This document shows positions 19,568-26,572 of a stretch of 31,731 nt of DNA, piece after piece; the first letter of the stretch is position 1; each line of letters starts with the position of its first letter. Both the position numbers and the translations under genes were made by a program. Under the pieces are notes generated by a model. The model did not search any database and had not been told where the DNA came from. It saw nothing but the letters and a program-made list of their open reading frames with translations. Source of the stretch: a virus; IMG/VR virus record IMGVR_UViG_3300032294_002612, positions 1 to 31,731 of that record, one strand, 5' to 3'.

Positions 19568-19807
19568 ATGAACATCACCAAAGTTGACCTCTACGAAGCC
19601 CTCATCCAAGCGCGTGTCGCCTTGTCGAAAGACATCCGCGAAACCTTGCGCGGTCGCCACCTCTCCTACGTTCAAGACTTCTCGCGGAAATCCATCCGCG
19701 AAAAAATCGCGGCCTACCGGCTACTCTCTAACCTCTCCACGATCAACGCGGAAAGCTACTCGGACAAACGCTCCCTGCGTCACGTTAAAAAAGCTCTTGC
19801 CAAGTAA
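19568..19807 (+). CDS. Hypothetical protein
   Basis: 79 aa, own promoter. Confidence 0.7.
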   Translation: MNITKVDLYEALIQARVALSKDIRETLRGRHLSYVQDFSRKSIREKIAAYRLLSNLSTINAESYSDKRSLRHVKKALAK

Positions 19808-19832
19808 CGCAATCTCTGACAAAATCACCACC

Positions 19833-20516
19833 ATGAAACTACTAAGCACCAATAATACCAAAATCAAAAAAGGCGAAAAGCTCGGCTGGCGCACTTACGG
19901 CCTTTCACTTTCACCCGCTGGCAAAAGTGGAAAACAATTCTGTCCGCATCGCTCGGCTGGCTGTGAGTTTGCTTGTCTCGACACTTCGGGCATGGGTATC
20001 TTCTCAAACGTGCAAGACGCACGCCTTGCAAAGTCGCGTTTCTTCATCGACAACCGCAACGAGTTTCTTTCTCAGTTGCATAAAGAATTGCACAATGCAG
20101 AAAAGTGGAGCGCAAAAAATAATACGCCCGTTGCTGTTCGTCCGAACGTGCTTTCTGATCTGCCTTTCCATAAGCTGATCGACATGGCGCGCTTTCCGTC
20201 AATTCAGTTTTACGATTACACGCCGAACCTTCAACGCATGATGCAGTTTCTAAACGGCGAGTTGCCTAAAAATTATCATCTGACCTTCTCGCGCAAAGAG
20301 GACAATCAACATCGTGTCCACGCTGTTGTTGCTGCTGGCGGTAACGTGGCGGCTGTCTTTAGTGAGTTGCCCGAAACCTATCTCGGCAAGCCTGTCATAA
20401 ACGGCGACGAAAGCGATTTGCGTTTTCTCGACGCGCAAGGCGTGATCGTCGGATTGAAAGCAAAGGGCAAAGCTCTCAAAGACAAGTCTGGATTCGTGGT
20501 GCAAGTTGGCGTATAA
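19833..20516 (+). CDS. GP88-like Cys-cluster phage protein
   Basis: Start MKLLSTNNTKIKKG; CPHRSAGCEFAC, RPNVLSD, FYDYT, YHLTFS, GDESDLRFLD, GLKAKG. Confidence 0.7.
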   Translation: MKLLSTNNTKIKKGEKLGWRTYGLSLSPAGKSGKQFCPHRSAGCEFACLDTSGMGIFSNVQDARLAKSRFFIDNRNEFLSQLHKELHNAEKWSAKNNTPVAVRPNVLSDLPFHKLIDMARFPSIQFYDYTPNLQRMMQFLNGELPKNYHLTFSRKEDNQHRVHAVVAAGGNVAAVFSELPETYLGKPVINGDESDLRFLDAQGVIVGLKAKGKALKDKSGFVVQVGV

Positions 20517-20593
20517 TGAACACCTATGGAAATCATTTGCTTGCTTGTAGTAGTAGCGGCTTGCGCTTGTGCAATTCATCAAAATCAAAAACT

Positions 20594-20752
20594 ATGACAC
20601 TAAATCTAATCGCACGAAAAAATCTGTTCCGCTTGTCGCAATTTTTCAAACGCCGCGCTGATGCTGCATCACGCCGTGGCCGCGATGCGCGCGCAAAAAT
20701 TCTTCTGGCTGCATGGGAAAAAATGCTTGACATCCGCGACAAACTGCGATAA
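20594..20752 (+). CDS. Basic hypothetical protein
   Basis: MTLNLIARKNLFRL..., 52 aa. Confidence 0.6.
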   Translation: MTLNLIARKNLFRLSQFFKRRADAASRRGRDARAKILLAAWEKMLDIRDKLR

Positions 20753-20753
20753 C

Positions 20754-20830
20754 GTAAAGCGTTGTAAATCAACGAGTTACGGCGGCGCGCCCCGCCGCGC
20801 GGCGTAAGTGCTTGAAAACCAACGACTTAT
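20754..20830 (+). repeat. 77-bp intergenic element, copy 3
   Basis: GTAAAGCGTTGTAAATCAACGAGTTAC-GGCGGCGCGCCCCGCCGCGCGGC-GTAAGTGCTTGAAAACCAACGACTTAT. Confidence 0.95.
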
Positions 20831-20947
20831 GCAGAACCACATTCAGGAAGCGTGCCAACTCAGAAAACTTTTTTTCGTAAACAAAAATACTTTTTAAAAA
20901 TGCAAAAAAAATCGTGCATCATGCGCGCATGGTGCTATTCTTTACCC

Positions 20948-21079
20948 ATGCAAGCGAACACCATCACCGACGACTTCAACACGCAAATCCAAAGCGACGA
21001 GTTTGCCTCGGAATACGAGGCTTACATCGACGAGCAGGAAAAAAATTATTGGCGTCAAATCGACGCTCGCGGAAATTAA
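20948..21079 (+). CDS. Acidic 43-aa protein, paralogue of 18507..18797
   Basis: MQANTITDDFNTQIQSDEFASE...; TATTCT-6-ATG. Confidence 0.7.
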   Translation: MQANTITDDFNTQIQSDEFASEYEAYIDEQEKNYWRQIDARGN

Positions 21080-21121
21080 TCCGTTGACACTCTTAACCCT
21101 AACACCTAACATCATCAATCT

Positions 21122-21568
21122 ATGAACCAAGCAAACATCATCATTAGCGCATACGGAAACGGCATCGCCGTTGGTCTTCACGGCACACGCGAAGAGATCG
21201 AAAAAAACTTCAACCGCTTCTTCAACTGGGGCGCAACTGGTCAAGGAGAACTCGGTAGCTACTTGCACGAACTCTCTGATAACTTCTCTTACTTTCTATC
21301 CACGGAAGCTGATATGCTTCGCGCTATGACATACGAAACTATGACACGCTGGCAAGACTCTCCAGTGAGCGATCAATACAAAGCGCGTCCGCGCTTCCAC
21401 AAGAAACCGAATGGCGAAAAGTTTCGTCGTGATGCTGTCGCCGCTGCGACTGCCGAATACGAATCTTTCCCGCGTGAAAGTTTCATGCTCCAAATGAAAT
21501 CGCCCTCACACATCTACCAGCAACTCGACGGCGGTGCGCCTTCGTGGAGGAGCGAAACGGAGGACTAA
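21122..21568 (+). CDS. Hypothetical protein
   Basis: 148 aa, TTGACA upstream. Confidence 0.75.
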   Translation: MNQANIIISAYGNGIAVGLHGTREEIEKNFNRFFNWGATGQGELGSYLHELSDNFSYFLSTEADMLRAMTYETMTRWQDSPVSDQYKARPRFHKKPNGEKFRRDAVAAATAEYESFPRESFMLQMKSPSHIYQQLDGGAPSWRSETED

Positions 21569-21572
21569 TATA

Positions 21573-21746
21573 ATGAAAATATCTTACAAAGAAGCACAAG
21601 ACATGGGATTTGTAGAAAGGTCTTATCGTCCTTGGATGATGGATGCAGAATTTTTCACCCAACTTTTTTCCAAAAAATATCTTGACCTTTTTCAAAGAAG
21701 AGGCCAAGATCTACTTTACTTAACAACCCTTATCCAAAAATTATGA
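21573..21746 (+). CDS. Hypothetical protein
   Basis: MKISYKEAQDMGF...; GGAGG upstream. Confidence 0.5.
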   Translation: MKISYKEAQDMGFVERSYRPWMMDAEFFTQLFSKKYLDLFQRRGQDLLYLTTLIQKL

Positions 21747-21934
21747 CGACTAACAAACACGCACAGAACGACCAACCGACACCGGAAACGGATGCATTTT
21801 TCTACCGCCACGGCTACCCAATCGAAGTGGACACGCAAAAAGCAATCTCCTTATGCGAAAGACTTGAGCAAGAGCGGGACGAAGCGCGCAGGCTCTTGAA
21901 GGAGGAACGAAACAGAGGACTCGCTCTGTCATAG
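21743..21934 (+). CDS. Hypothetical phage protein (TPETDA...LERERDEAR type)
   Basis: PTPETDAF...CERLEQERDEARR. Confidence 0.65.
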   Translation: MTTNKHAQNDQPTPETDAFFYRHGYPIEVDTQKAISLCERLEQERDEARRLLKEERNRGLALS

Positions 21935-21958
21935 TCGTGTCATAGTCGTGTCATAGTC
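21927..21958. repeat. 11-bp tandem repeat TGTCATAGTCG, about 3 copies
   Basis: Read directly; the first unit contains the upstream TAG stop codon. Confidence 0.85.
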
Positions 21959-21989
21959 AACGCCCCTTCAAACGGGCGTTTGACTTTTT
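21955..21989 (+). terminator. Rho-independent terminator
   Basis: AGTCAACGCCC-loop-GGGCGTTTGACT followed by a T-run. Confidence 0.65.
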
Positions 21990-22007
21990 GCCCAAATCAA
22001 AAGTTGT

Positions 22008-22084
22008 GTAACTCGTTGAACATCAAGCACTTACGGCGGCGCGCCCCGCGAATCGTCGTAAGTCATTGAGCCACAGGACTTTGT
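22008..22084 (+). repeat. 77-bp intergenic element, copy 4
   Basis: GTAACTCGTTGAACATCAAGCACTTAC-GGCGGCGCGCCCCGCGAATCGTC-GTAAGTCATTGAGCCACAGGACTTTGT. Confidence 0.9.
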
Positions 22085-22314
22085 GGATTATGCTTTAGGG
22101 TGCTCATCATTGAAGCCAATTTGACAATTGATTCTGCAAATGCTTTATTCTTACCCTTCATCTTACTGATAAGCTGTTCCCTGTTCTCAAGATCCCGCTC
22201 CCTACCTATTTTGTCACATATGAGATGTAATTCTCCACTATCTATCATGAATCTGTCCAAATCACGAATTGCATTTTTATTATTAATTATTAATTCTAGA
22301 GTTTCTTTATCCAT
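22063..22314 (-). CDS. Hypothetical protein (AT-rich, counter-oriented)
   Basis: 83 aa; its stop lies in the right arm of element copy 4. Confidence 0.55.
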   Translation of the reverse strand: MDKETLELIINNKNAIRDLDRFMIDSGELHLICDKIGRERDLENREQLISKMKGKNKAFAESIVKLASMMSTLKHNPQSPVAQ

Positions 22315-22516
22315 ATTATTACTATTTAGCCTATTACTATTTCACTATTTAGTCAAGACTATTTGTGTATTTATTATTTTACTATTTAGCAATTTGATAT
22401 TTCACTATTTGTCGAAAAATCTGGATAATTTCGACACGACAAAAAAACGTGTCGATGGCTTCGACATTACTATTTACCTTGATTCTTTTGTATTTTGTGC
22501 TATTCTAGATGAATAT

Positions 22517-22587
22517 GGGGGTGAAGCATTAAAGTGATGCAACGGACTTTTAATCCGTAGAAGAGGGCGCGTTACCCTCCATCCCCA
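22517..22587 (+). tRNA. tRNA-Lys(UUU), atypical
   Basis: Acceptor GGGGGTG/CATCCCC, D arm GCAT/ATGC, anticodon arm ACGGA-CTTTTAA-TCCGT, T stem GAGGG/CCCTC with non-canonical loop CGCGTTA. Promoter TTGATT-16-TATTCT upstream. Confidence 0.75.
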
Positions 22588-23071
22588 CCCCATTATCAAA
22601 TTCCCAATGATGATTAGGACAAAGCAACATTAGATTATCTATATTATTAATCTCTGATAATTTGCAATCATCTGCAAAATCTGCAATAGATTTTTTATGA
22701 GCGACTTCAACATGATTCGAATAGCCACAGAATTGACAAATTTTTGGCATATCTTTCATTACAACTTTGCGTGAATGCCATCTAATGTAAGCATACGCTG
22801 CTCCATGAGTATGCTTTTCATAGATCATTTCTTTTTTAGTCGGATTTCTATTATATAATAAATTATTCTTGTTTTTTGTTTTGCAATCAAGACAGTAACA
22901 ATTTATAGCAAGATCTTTTTTAAGAAATAATTTTTTACAACTTTTGCAAGCTCTATATCCAGCTTTCCTTTTTGGGGTTATCCTATTATTAAAAGATGCG
23001 GCACAACTTTGTGAACAAAATTTTTTCTGTTCTCTACCCAAGAGTTCTTTATCACAATTAAAACATTTCAT
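22550..23071 (-). CDS. HNH endonuclease with N-terminal zinc-binding motifs
   Basis: CFNC..KFCSQSC; CQFCG...VEVAHKK...NNIDNLMLLCPNHHWEFD. Confidence 0.88.
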   Translation of the reverse strand: MKCFNCDKELLGREQKKFCSQSCAASFNNRITPKRKAGYRACKSCKKLFLKKDLAINCYCLDCKTKNKNNLLYNRNPTKKEMIYEKHTHGAAYAYIRWHSRKVVMKDMPKICQFCGYSNHVEVAHKKSIADFADDCKLSEINNIDNLMLLCPNHHWEFDNGVGMEGNAPSSTD

Positions 23072-23214
23072 ACATATACTTACACATATTCGAAAAGAAG
23101 AAGCCTAAAAAATATATTTGTTAATGTTTCAAGACCCTCCCATCCCACAAAACTTTCTGAAAAAATTTCAAAAAACCCGTTGACAAAATCCTCAAAAAGA
23201 TTTATTCTTAAAAC

Positions 23215-23478
23215 ATGAAAGCACTACTAAACAAAGTCAAACTGGCAATCGCAGACTCTAAACTTGGAGTTCTGACCAACCCTGTGTATCGTCTGAAATA
23301 TCGTCCTTACACGGATCACGGAAATGATGAGGTTCACACCTACTACGTTTCCCGACCCTTCGATGGGTTTGCCAATGGTATCACCGCCTACTGCTTCGGC
23401 AAAGGTGTTCGTAGGTTCCGCTTCGACGAAATCGTTGAGCGTGAAGTCGTATCGCTCTTTGGAAAATCTGTGGCGTAA
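23215..23478 (+). CDS. Stand-alone WYL-like domain protein
   Basis: YRLKY...ITAYCFGKGVRRFRFDEIVE resembles the WYL AYC...RxFRxDRI motif; TTGACA-17-TATTCT-6-ATG. Confidence 0.55.
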   Translation: MKALLNKVKLAIADSKLGVLTNPVYRLKYRPYTDHGNDEVHTYYVSRPFDGFANGITAYCFGKGVRRFRFDEIVEREVVSLFGKSVA

Positions 23479-23479
23479 A

Positions 23480-24320
23480 GCCACGAATAACAATCTGCCC
23501 GACAATCAATATCGGAAATAAAAGAAGCAAAGTTAACCGGATCTTTGCGGTGGCGCGAAAGCGAAAATAAAACATCCGCCGAGGCAGATAAACATTTACA
23601 AGTAGCCCGAAAAAATATCGGAAACAAAAGCAGGACAGAATAGCGTCTGTCATCATATACAAAACGCACCGAGGCTTGACTTTAAATATCTACGAGGTAA
23701 ATGCCAGAGGGAACTGGCGCCCACGCGTAGAGAATAAACTCCCACAATTTTAGTTCTTTTACATCTTGAGGGCTGACTCCTCCCAGAAGGGGGAGAGCGC
23801 GCAGAAGAAAACCAGAGGAATTAACCTCCAGCCCACAACTTTGAGACGTTTGAATGGATTGATGGACGCATCAGACTTTCAGAACCGAGTTGCCCGAATG
23901 GGTGAAGGTGCAGTGCTTCGGGTAGCTGGTTACGGTGCTAAGCATATAGCTTAGAGTGCCACAGCACACGGCCTTCCGTCTCATAATACTCTCCCAAGCT
24001 CTGGCGGATACATCTCCGTTTACCTTGTGAGCTAGTCGTCGAAAGGCGATTCGATGTCGGTGCCGCCAGAAGGCACGGAGTCATAGGCAGGGAGTTCTGG
24101 CCTCCCTGTCAACACTTTCTTTGAAAAAAATCGCCGTGGAGTAACGGTCCACTAGTCAGAACCTACTGATGAATAAGAGTAAGCTGTTCGTGACAGCAAT
24201 AAAGGGGATGGTCACCGCCGACCCGCAAGCGGCTTGCGTTAGCTGGTTAGTGCTGCAAAGTATTAGCCCCCATTTGATCCGCAAGGAGACGATGATGGGA
24301 AGCATGGCAGCCGACACTTT
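23480..24320 (+). ncRNA. Putative large structured ncRNA, or an array of structured RNAs
   Basis: No convincing ORF; many stems, GNRA loops and long-range closing helices (detailed in findings). Confidence 0.6.
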
Positions 24321-24321
24321 C

Positions 24322-24393
24322 GCACCTTTCGCCAAGTGGTAAGGCCAGAGTCTGCAAAACTCTTATACGCTGGTTCGAATCCAGCAAGGTGCT
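24322..24393 (+). tRNA. tRNA-Cys(GCA)
   Basis: GCACCTT/AAGGTGC, AGAGT-CTGCAAA-ACTCT, GCTGG-TTCGAAT-CCAGC, discriminator U. Confidence 0.93.
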
Positions 24394-24460
24394 CATTATC
24401 AACGAGTTACAGTGGCGCGCCCCGCCGCGCGCCGCAAGTCGTTGAAGACTAAGAACTTAT
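24384..24460 (+). repeat. 77-bp intergenic element, copy 5 (left arm overlaps the tRNA-Cys 3' end)
   Basis: GCAAGGTGCTCATTATCAACGAGTTAC-AGTGGCGCGCCCCGCCGCGCGCC-GCAAGTCGTTGAAGACTAAGAACTTAT. Confidence 0.9.
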
Positions 24461-24512
24461 AAATAATAAAAAGACTATTGACAATCTTTTAAGATGTGAT
24501 AAAATATAAAAA

Positions 24513-24965
24513 ATGGAAACACCACTCATTAAACTATTTGATGTTATTCTGCATCCAATTCTAAAGAAGTCATGGATTCATTTCCAAATTGAAGCTACCG
24601 ACGAAACAGGTAAAAAATACTATGACAATTCATCTAGTTATGGATGTTATGATCCTCCCTACCCTGCTTTCCCATGTTATGCTGGAGAAAATCATTTTAC
24701 AAATAAACATCCTTATGGTTATACATTAGAGCAATTTGATGTTAATAAAATAATGAGAAGGCTTGATACTTATCAATGGGTTGCTGGCATTAGGTCTGTT
24801 AAGTTTAGTAATCAAGTTTATGTTTGTCCTAAAACCTATGCTGTTTGGGAATTTATTAATAAGGAAATAGAAGGAACTTCTCACTTTGAAATAAAAGAGT
24901 TGCCCAAAAATACAAAAAATGTTCGCGTGTGCGACGAACAAAAAAGTATCCTATATGATTACTAA
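24513..24965 (+). CDS. AT-rich hypothetical protein
   Basis: 150 aa; TTGACA-16-TAAAAT promoter; the only gene between element copies 5 and 6. Confidence 0.75.
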   Translation: METPLIKLFDVILHPILKKSWIHFQIEATDETGKKYYDNSSSYGCYDPPYPAFPCYAGENHFTNKHPYGYTLEQFDVNKIMRRLDTYQWVAGIRSVKFSNQVYVCPKTYAVWEFINKEIEGTSHFEIKELPKNTKNVRVCDEQKSILYDY

Positions 24966-25027
24966 TCAATAACTTACAACAACGCGCCCCGCCGCACCGC
25001 CTAAGTGCTTGAATATCAACGGCTTAC
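24951..25027 (+). repeat. 77-bp intergenic element, copy 6
   Basis: ...AATCAATAACTTAC-AACAACGCGCCCCGCCGCACCGC-CTAAGTGCTTGAATATCAACGGCTTAC. Confidence 0.88.
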
Positions 25028-25202
25028 ATTTTCAACATGGAAAAAGCTGTCCAAGGAGTAGAAAACGTGCAATAGTTCACGCCAAATTTCGACAACAAGC
25101 CCCAGAAGATGTATTTGTAACAAAAATCATTTAGAACCATCAACAAAAATATTTATCAAAAAGTCAGTTGACAATAAAATCAAATAGGGTTATTCTTACA
25201 AC

Positions 25203-25928
25203 ATGATCACCACACAACTACCACTACCCATGCGCTGCTCCTCTGATGCTCTCGTTCAGCCAGAGCTTGAACTCAAACCTACGCGCAATCCTTCCTACTC
25301 TCGCGTCGAACGCTTCTTTGATTCTTTGGATCGTTCGCGTGTTGTGTCATACACCGACTACTGGAACTCTGTTGCCCCTCAAAAAACAGAAGATGCAATG
25401 TTGCGCTGGCTCTTTGCTTTTATGTCAGTCCATACGAGTTGGAAGTCCAACGTCAATGGCTACAATGCAATCAAGACTATGGATTGGTTACAAGACCAGA
25501 TGGTCTTGTTAAACAAGCTCAAGCATAGTGGCGTTGGCTTGCACAACAATCGCACAAAATTTGTCTGGCAATTCCAGAAAAACTTTTGGGGTGATGTCAA
25601 AAAGTATTCTCACGCTCCTACGGATTGGCGCGGTCATCGTGACGAGTTGGTTAGCGAAGTGCTTGGCCTTGGCAAAGCAAAAGTCTCTTTCTCGTTGGAG
25701 ATGATTCATCCCGACAAGTGCGAAGTTGTTTGCATGGACACTCATATGTTCCAAGCCTACTCGCTCGACCAAACCAAAGACGAAAAACATTACGATAACA
25801 TCGAAGCCCATTGGATCACAATGTGCCGTGCCTATGACGTTCCTTGCTACATTGCGCGTTGCCTTTACTGGGACGCAATCCAGAACAAACAGGATTCGCG
25901 CTACTGGTCGTATGTTTTTGAGGCGTAA
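25203..25928 (+). CDS. Helix-hairpin-helix DNA glycosylase/AP lyase-like protein (Ogg/EndoIII superfamily)
   Basis: VLGLGKAKVSFSL HhH motif with Lys, followed by VVCMDTHM (catalytic Asp region). Confidence 0.72.
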   Translation: MITTQLPLPMRCSSDALVQPELELKPTRNPSYSRVERFFDSLDRSRVVSYTDYWNSVAPQKTEDAMLRWLFAFMSVHTSWKSNVNGYNAIKTMDWLQDQMVLLNKLKHSGVGLHNNRTKFVWQFQKNFWGDVKKYSHAPTDWRGHRDELVSEVLGLGKAKVSFSLEMIHPDKCEVVCMDTHMFQAYSLDQTKDEKHYDNIEAHWITMCRAYDVPCYIARCLYWDAIQNKQDSRYWSYVFEA

Positions 25929-25971
25929 AATAATCCTTGCAATAAATCTCAAAATCCAATACATTAAGAAC

Positions 25972-26196
25972 ATGAACAAAACCACTACCATCATCACCCG
26001 CCGTTCACCCTTCACCCAAAAAGTTAACAGGATGGAGATTCCTCTCTCCCATTCGGAGTTTGAGAAGAGGGCAATTCTTTGGCAGTCTGGGATGCTCATC
26101 CAAGATGCCTTTCCGATGCTCGACGCTGATCAGCGCGAGTTCATCAAAACTGGTATCACTCCCGAAGAGTGGGAACAGATGTTTGGAGAAGACTAA
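25972..26196 (+). CDS. Conserved small phage protein
   Basis: LIQDAFPMLDADQREFIKTGITPEEW motif; TTGCAA-17-TACATT-6-ATG. Confidence 0.75.
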   Translation: MNKTTTIITRRSPFTQKVNRMEIPLSHSEFEKRAILWQSGMLIQDAFPMLDADQREFIKTGITPEEWEQMFGED

Positions 26197-26217
26197 TATA
26201 GAAAGGAGGGAAATATA

Positions 26218-26388
26218 ATGAAACTAATCGAAGGTGCTATCTATAATTACAAAGGGGAATCCGTTCGATTCCGTAAGGAAGTCGGAGTGGTCTCGCTCTT
26301 GTCGCGTCGTAAAAAGTCTGGTTTCTTGGGTCGCACAGACCTCTTGAAGAAGGCTAACAAGACGCAAGTCGCCAAGTTCCTCAAATAA
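26218..26388 (+). CDS. 56-aa basic protein, probable paralogue of 16820..16999
   Basis: MKLIEGAIYNYKGESVRF...LKKANKTQVAKFLK; SD AAAGGAGG. Confidence 0.7.
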   Translation: MKLIEGAIYNYKGESVRFRKEVGVVSLLSRRKKSGFLGRTDLLKKANKTQVAKFLK

Positions 26389-26390
26389 GC

Positions 26391-26467
26391 GTAAAGCTCT
26401 CGTAATCATGGGGTTACGAGGGCGCGCCCCGCCGCGCTGCGTAAGTCGTTGAATATCAACCACTTGC
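26391..26467 (+). repeat. 77-bp intergenic element, copy 7
   Basis: GTAAAGCTCTCGTAATCATGGGGTTAC-GAGGGCGCGCCCCGCCGCGCTGC-GTAAGTCGTTGAATATCAACCACTTGC. Confidence 0.92.
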
Positions 26468-26572
26468 GCGTTTATGCTTTCAGGAACCGTGCCAACTCCC
26501 AGAAAAATATTTTCAATCAAATTGCAAAAAAGGGTTTGCTCTCCCATACAAAACAACGTATTCTTATGAAGT

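Noticed and set aside
19584-19832. N-terminal extension of the 310-aa track ORF (likewise 18192, 18637, 19083, 20852, 25726)
   Set aside because: These extensions overlap other genes or elements; promoter position or operon spacing points to the downstream ATGs.
22100-22537. 145-aa plus-strand hydrophobic ORF
   Set aside because: It runs through the antisense gene, the ACTATTT repeats, a promoter and the tRNA; likely a low-complexity artefact.
23766-23954. 62-aa ORF in the structured region
   Set aside because: TTG start, no recognisable motif, and it crosses apparent RNA domain boundaries.
24164-24210. CTGATGA as a hammerhead ribozyme core
   Set aside because: I could not find the stem II-GAAA and stem I/III arrangement.
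25065-25086. Further sigma54-like boxes after copies 6 and 10
   Set aside because: GG-to-GC spacing is 11-12 rather than 10, and the distance to the element differs from the four consistent cases.
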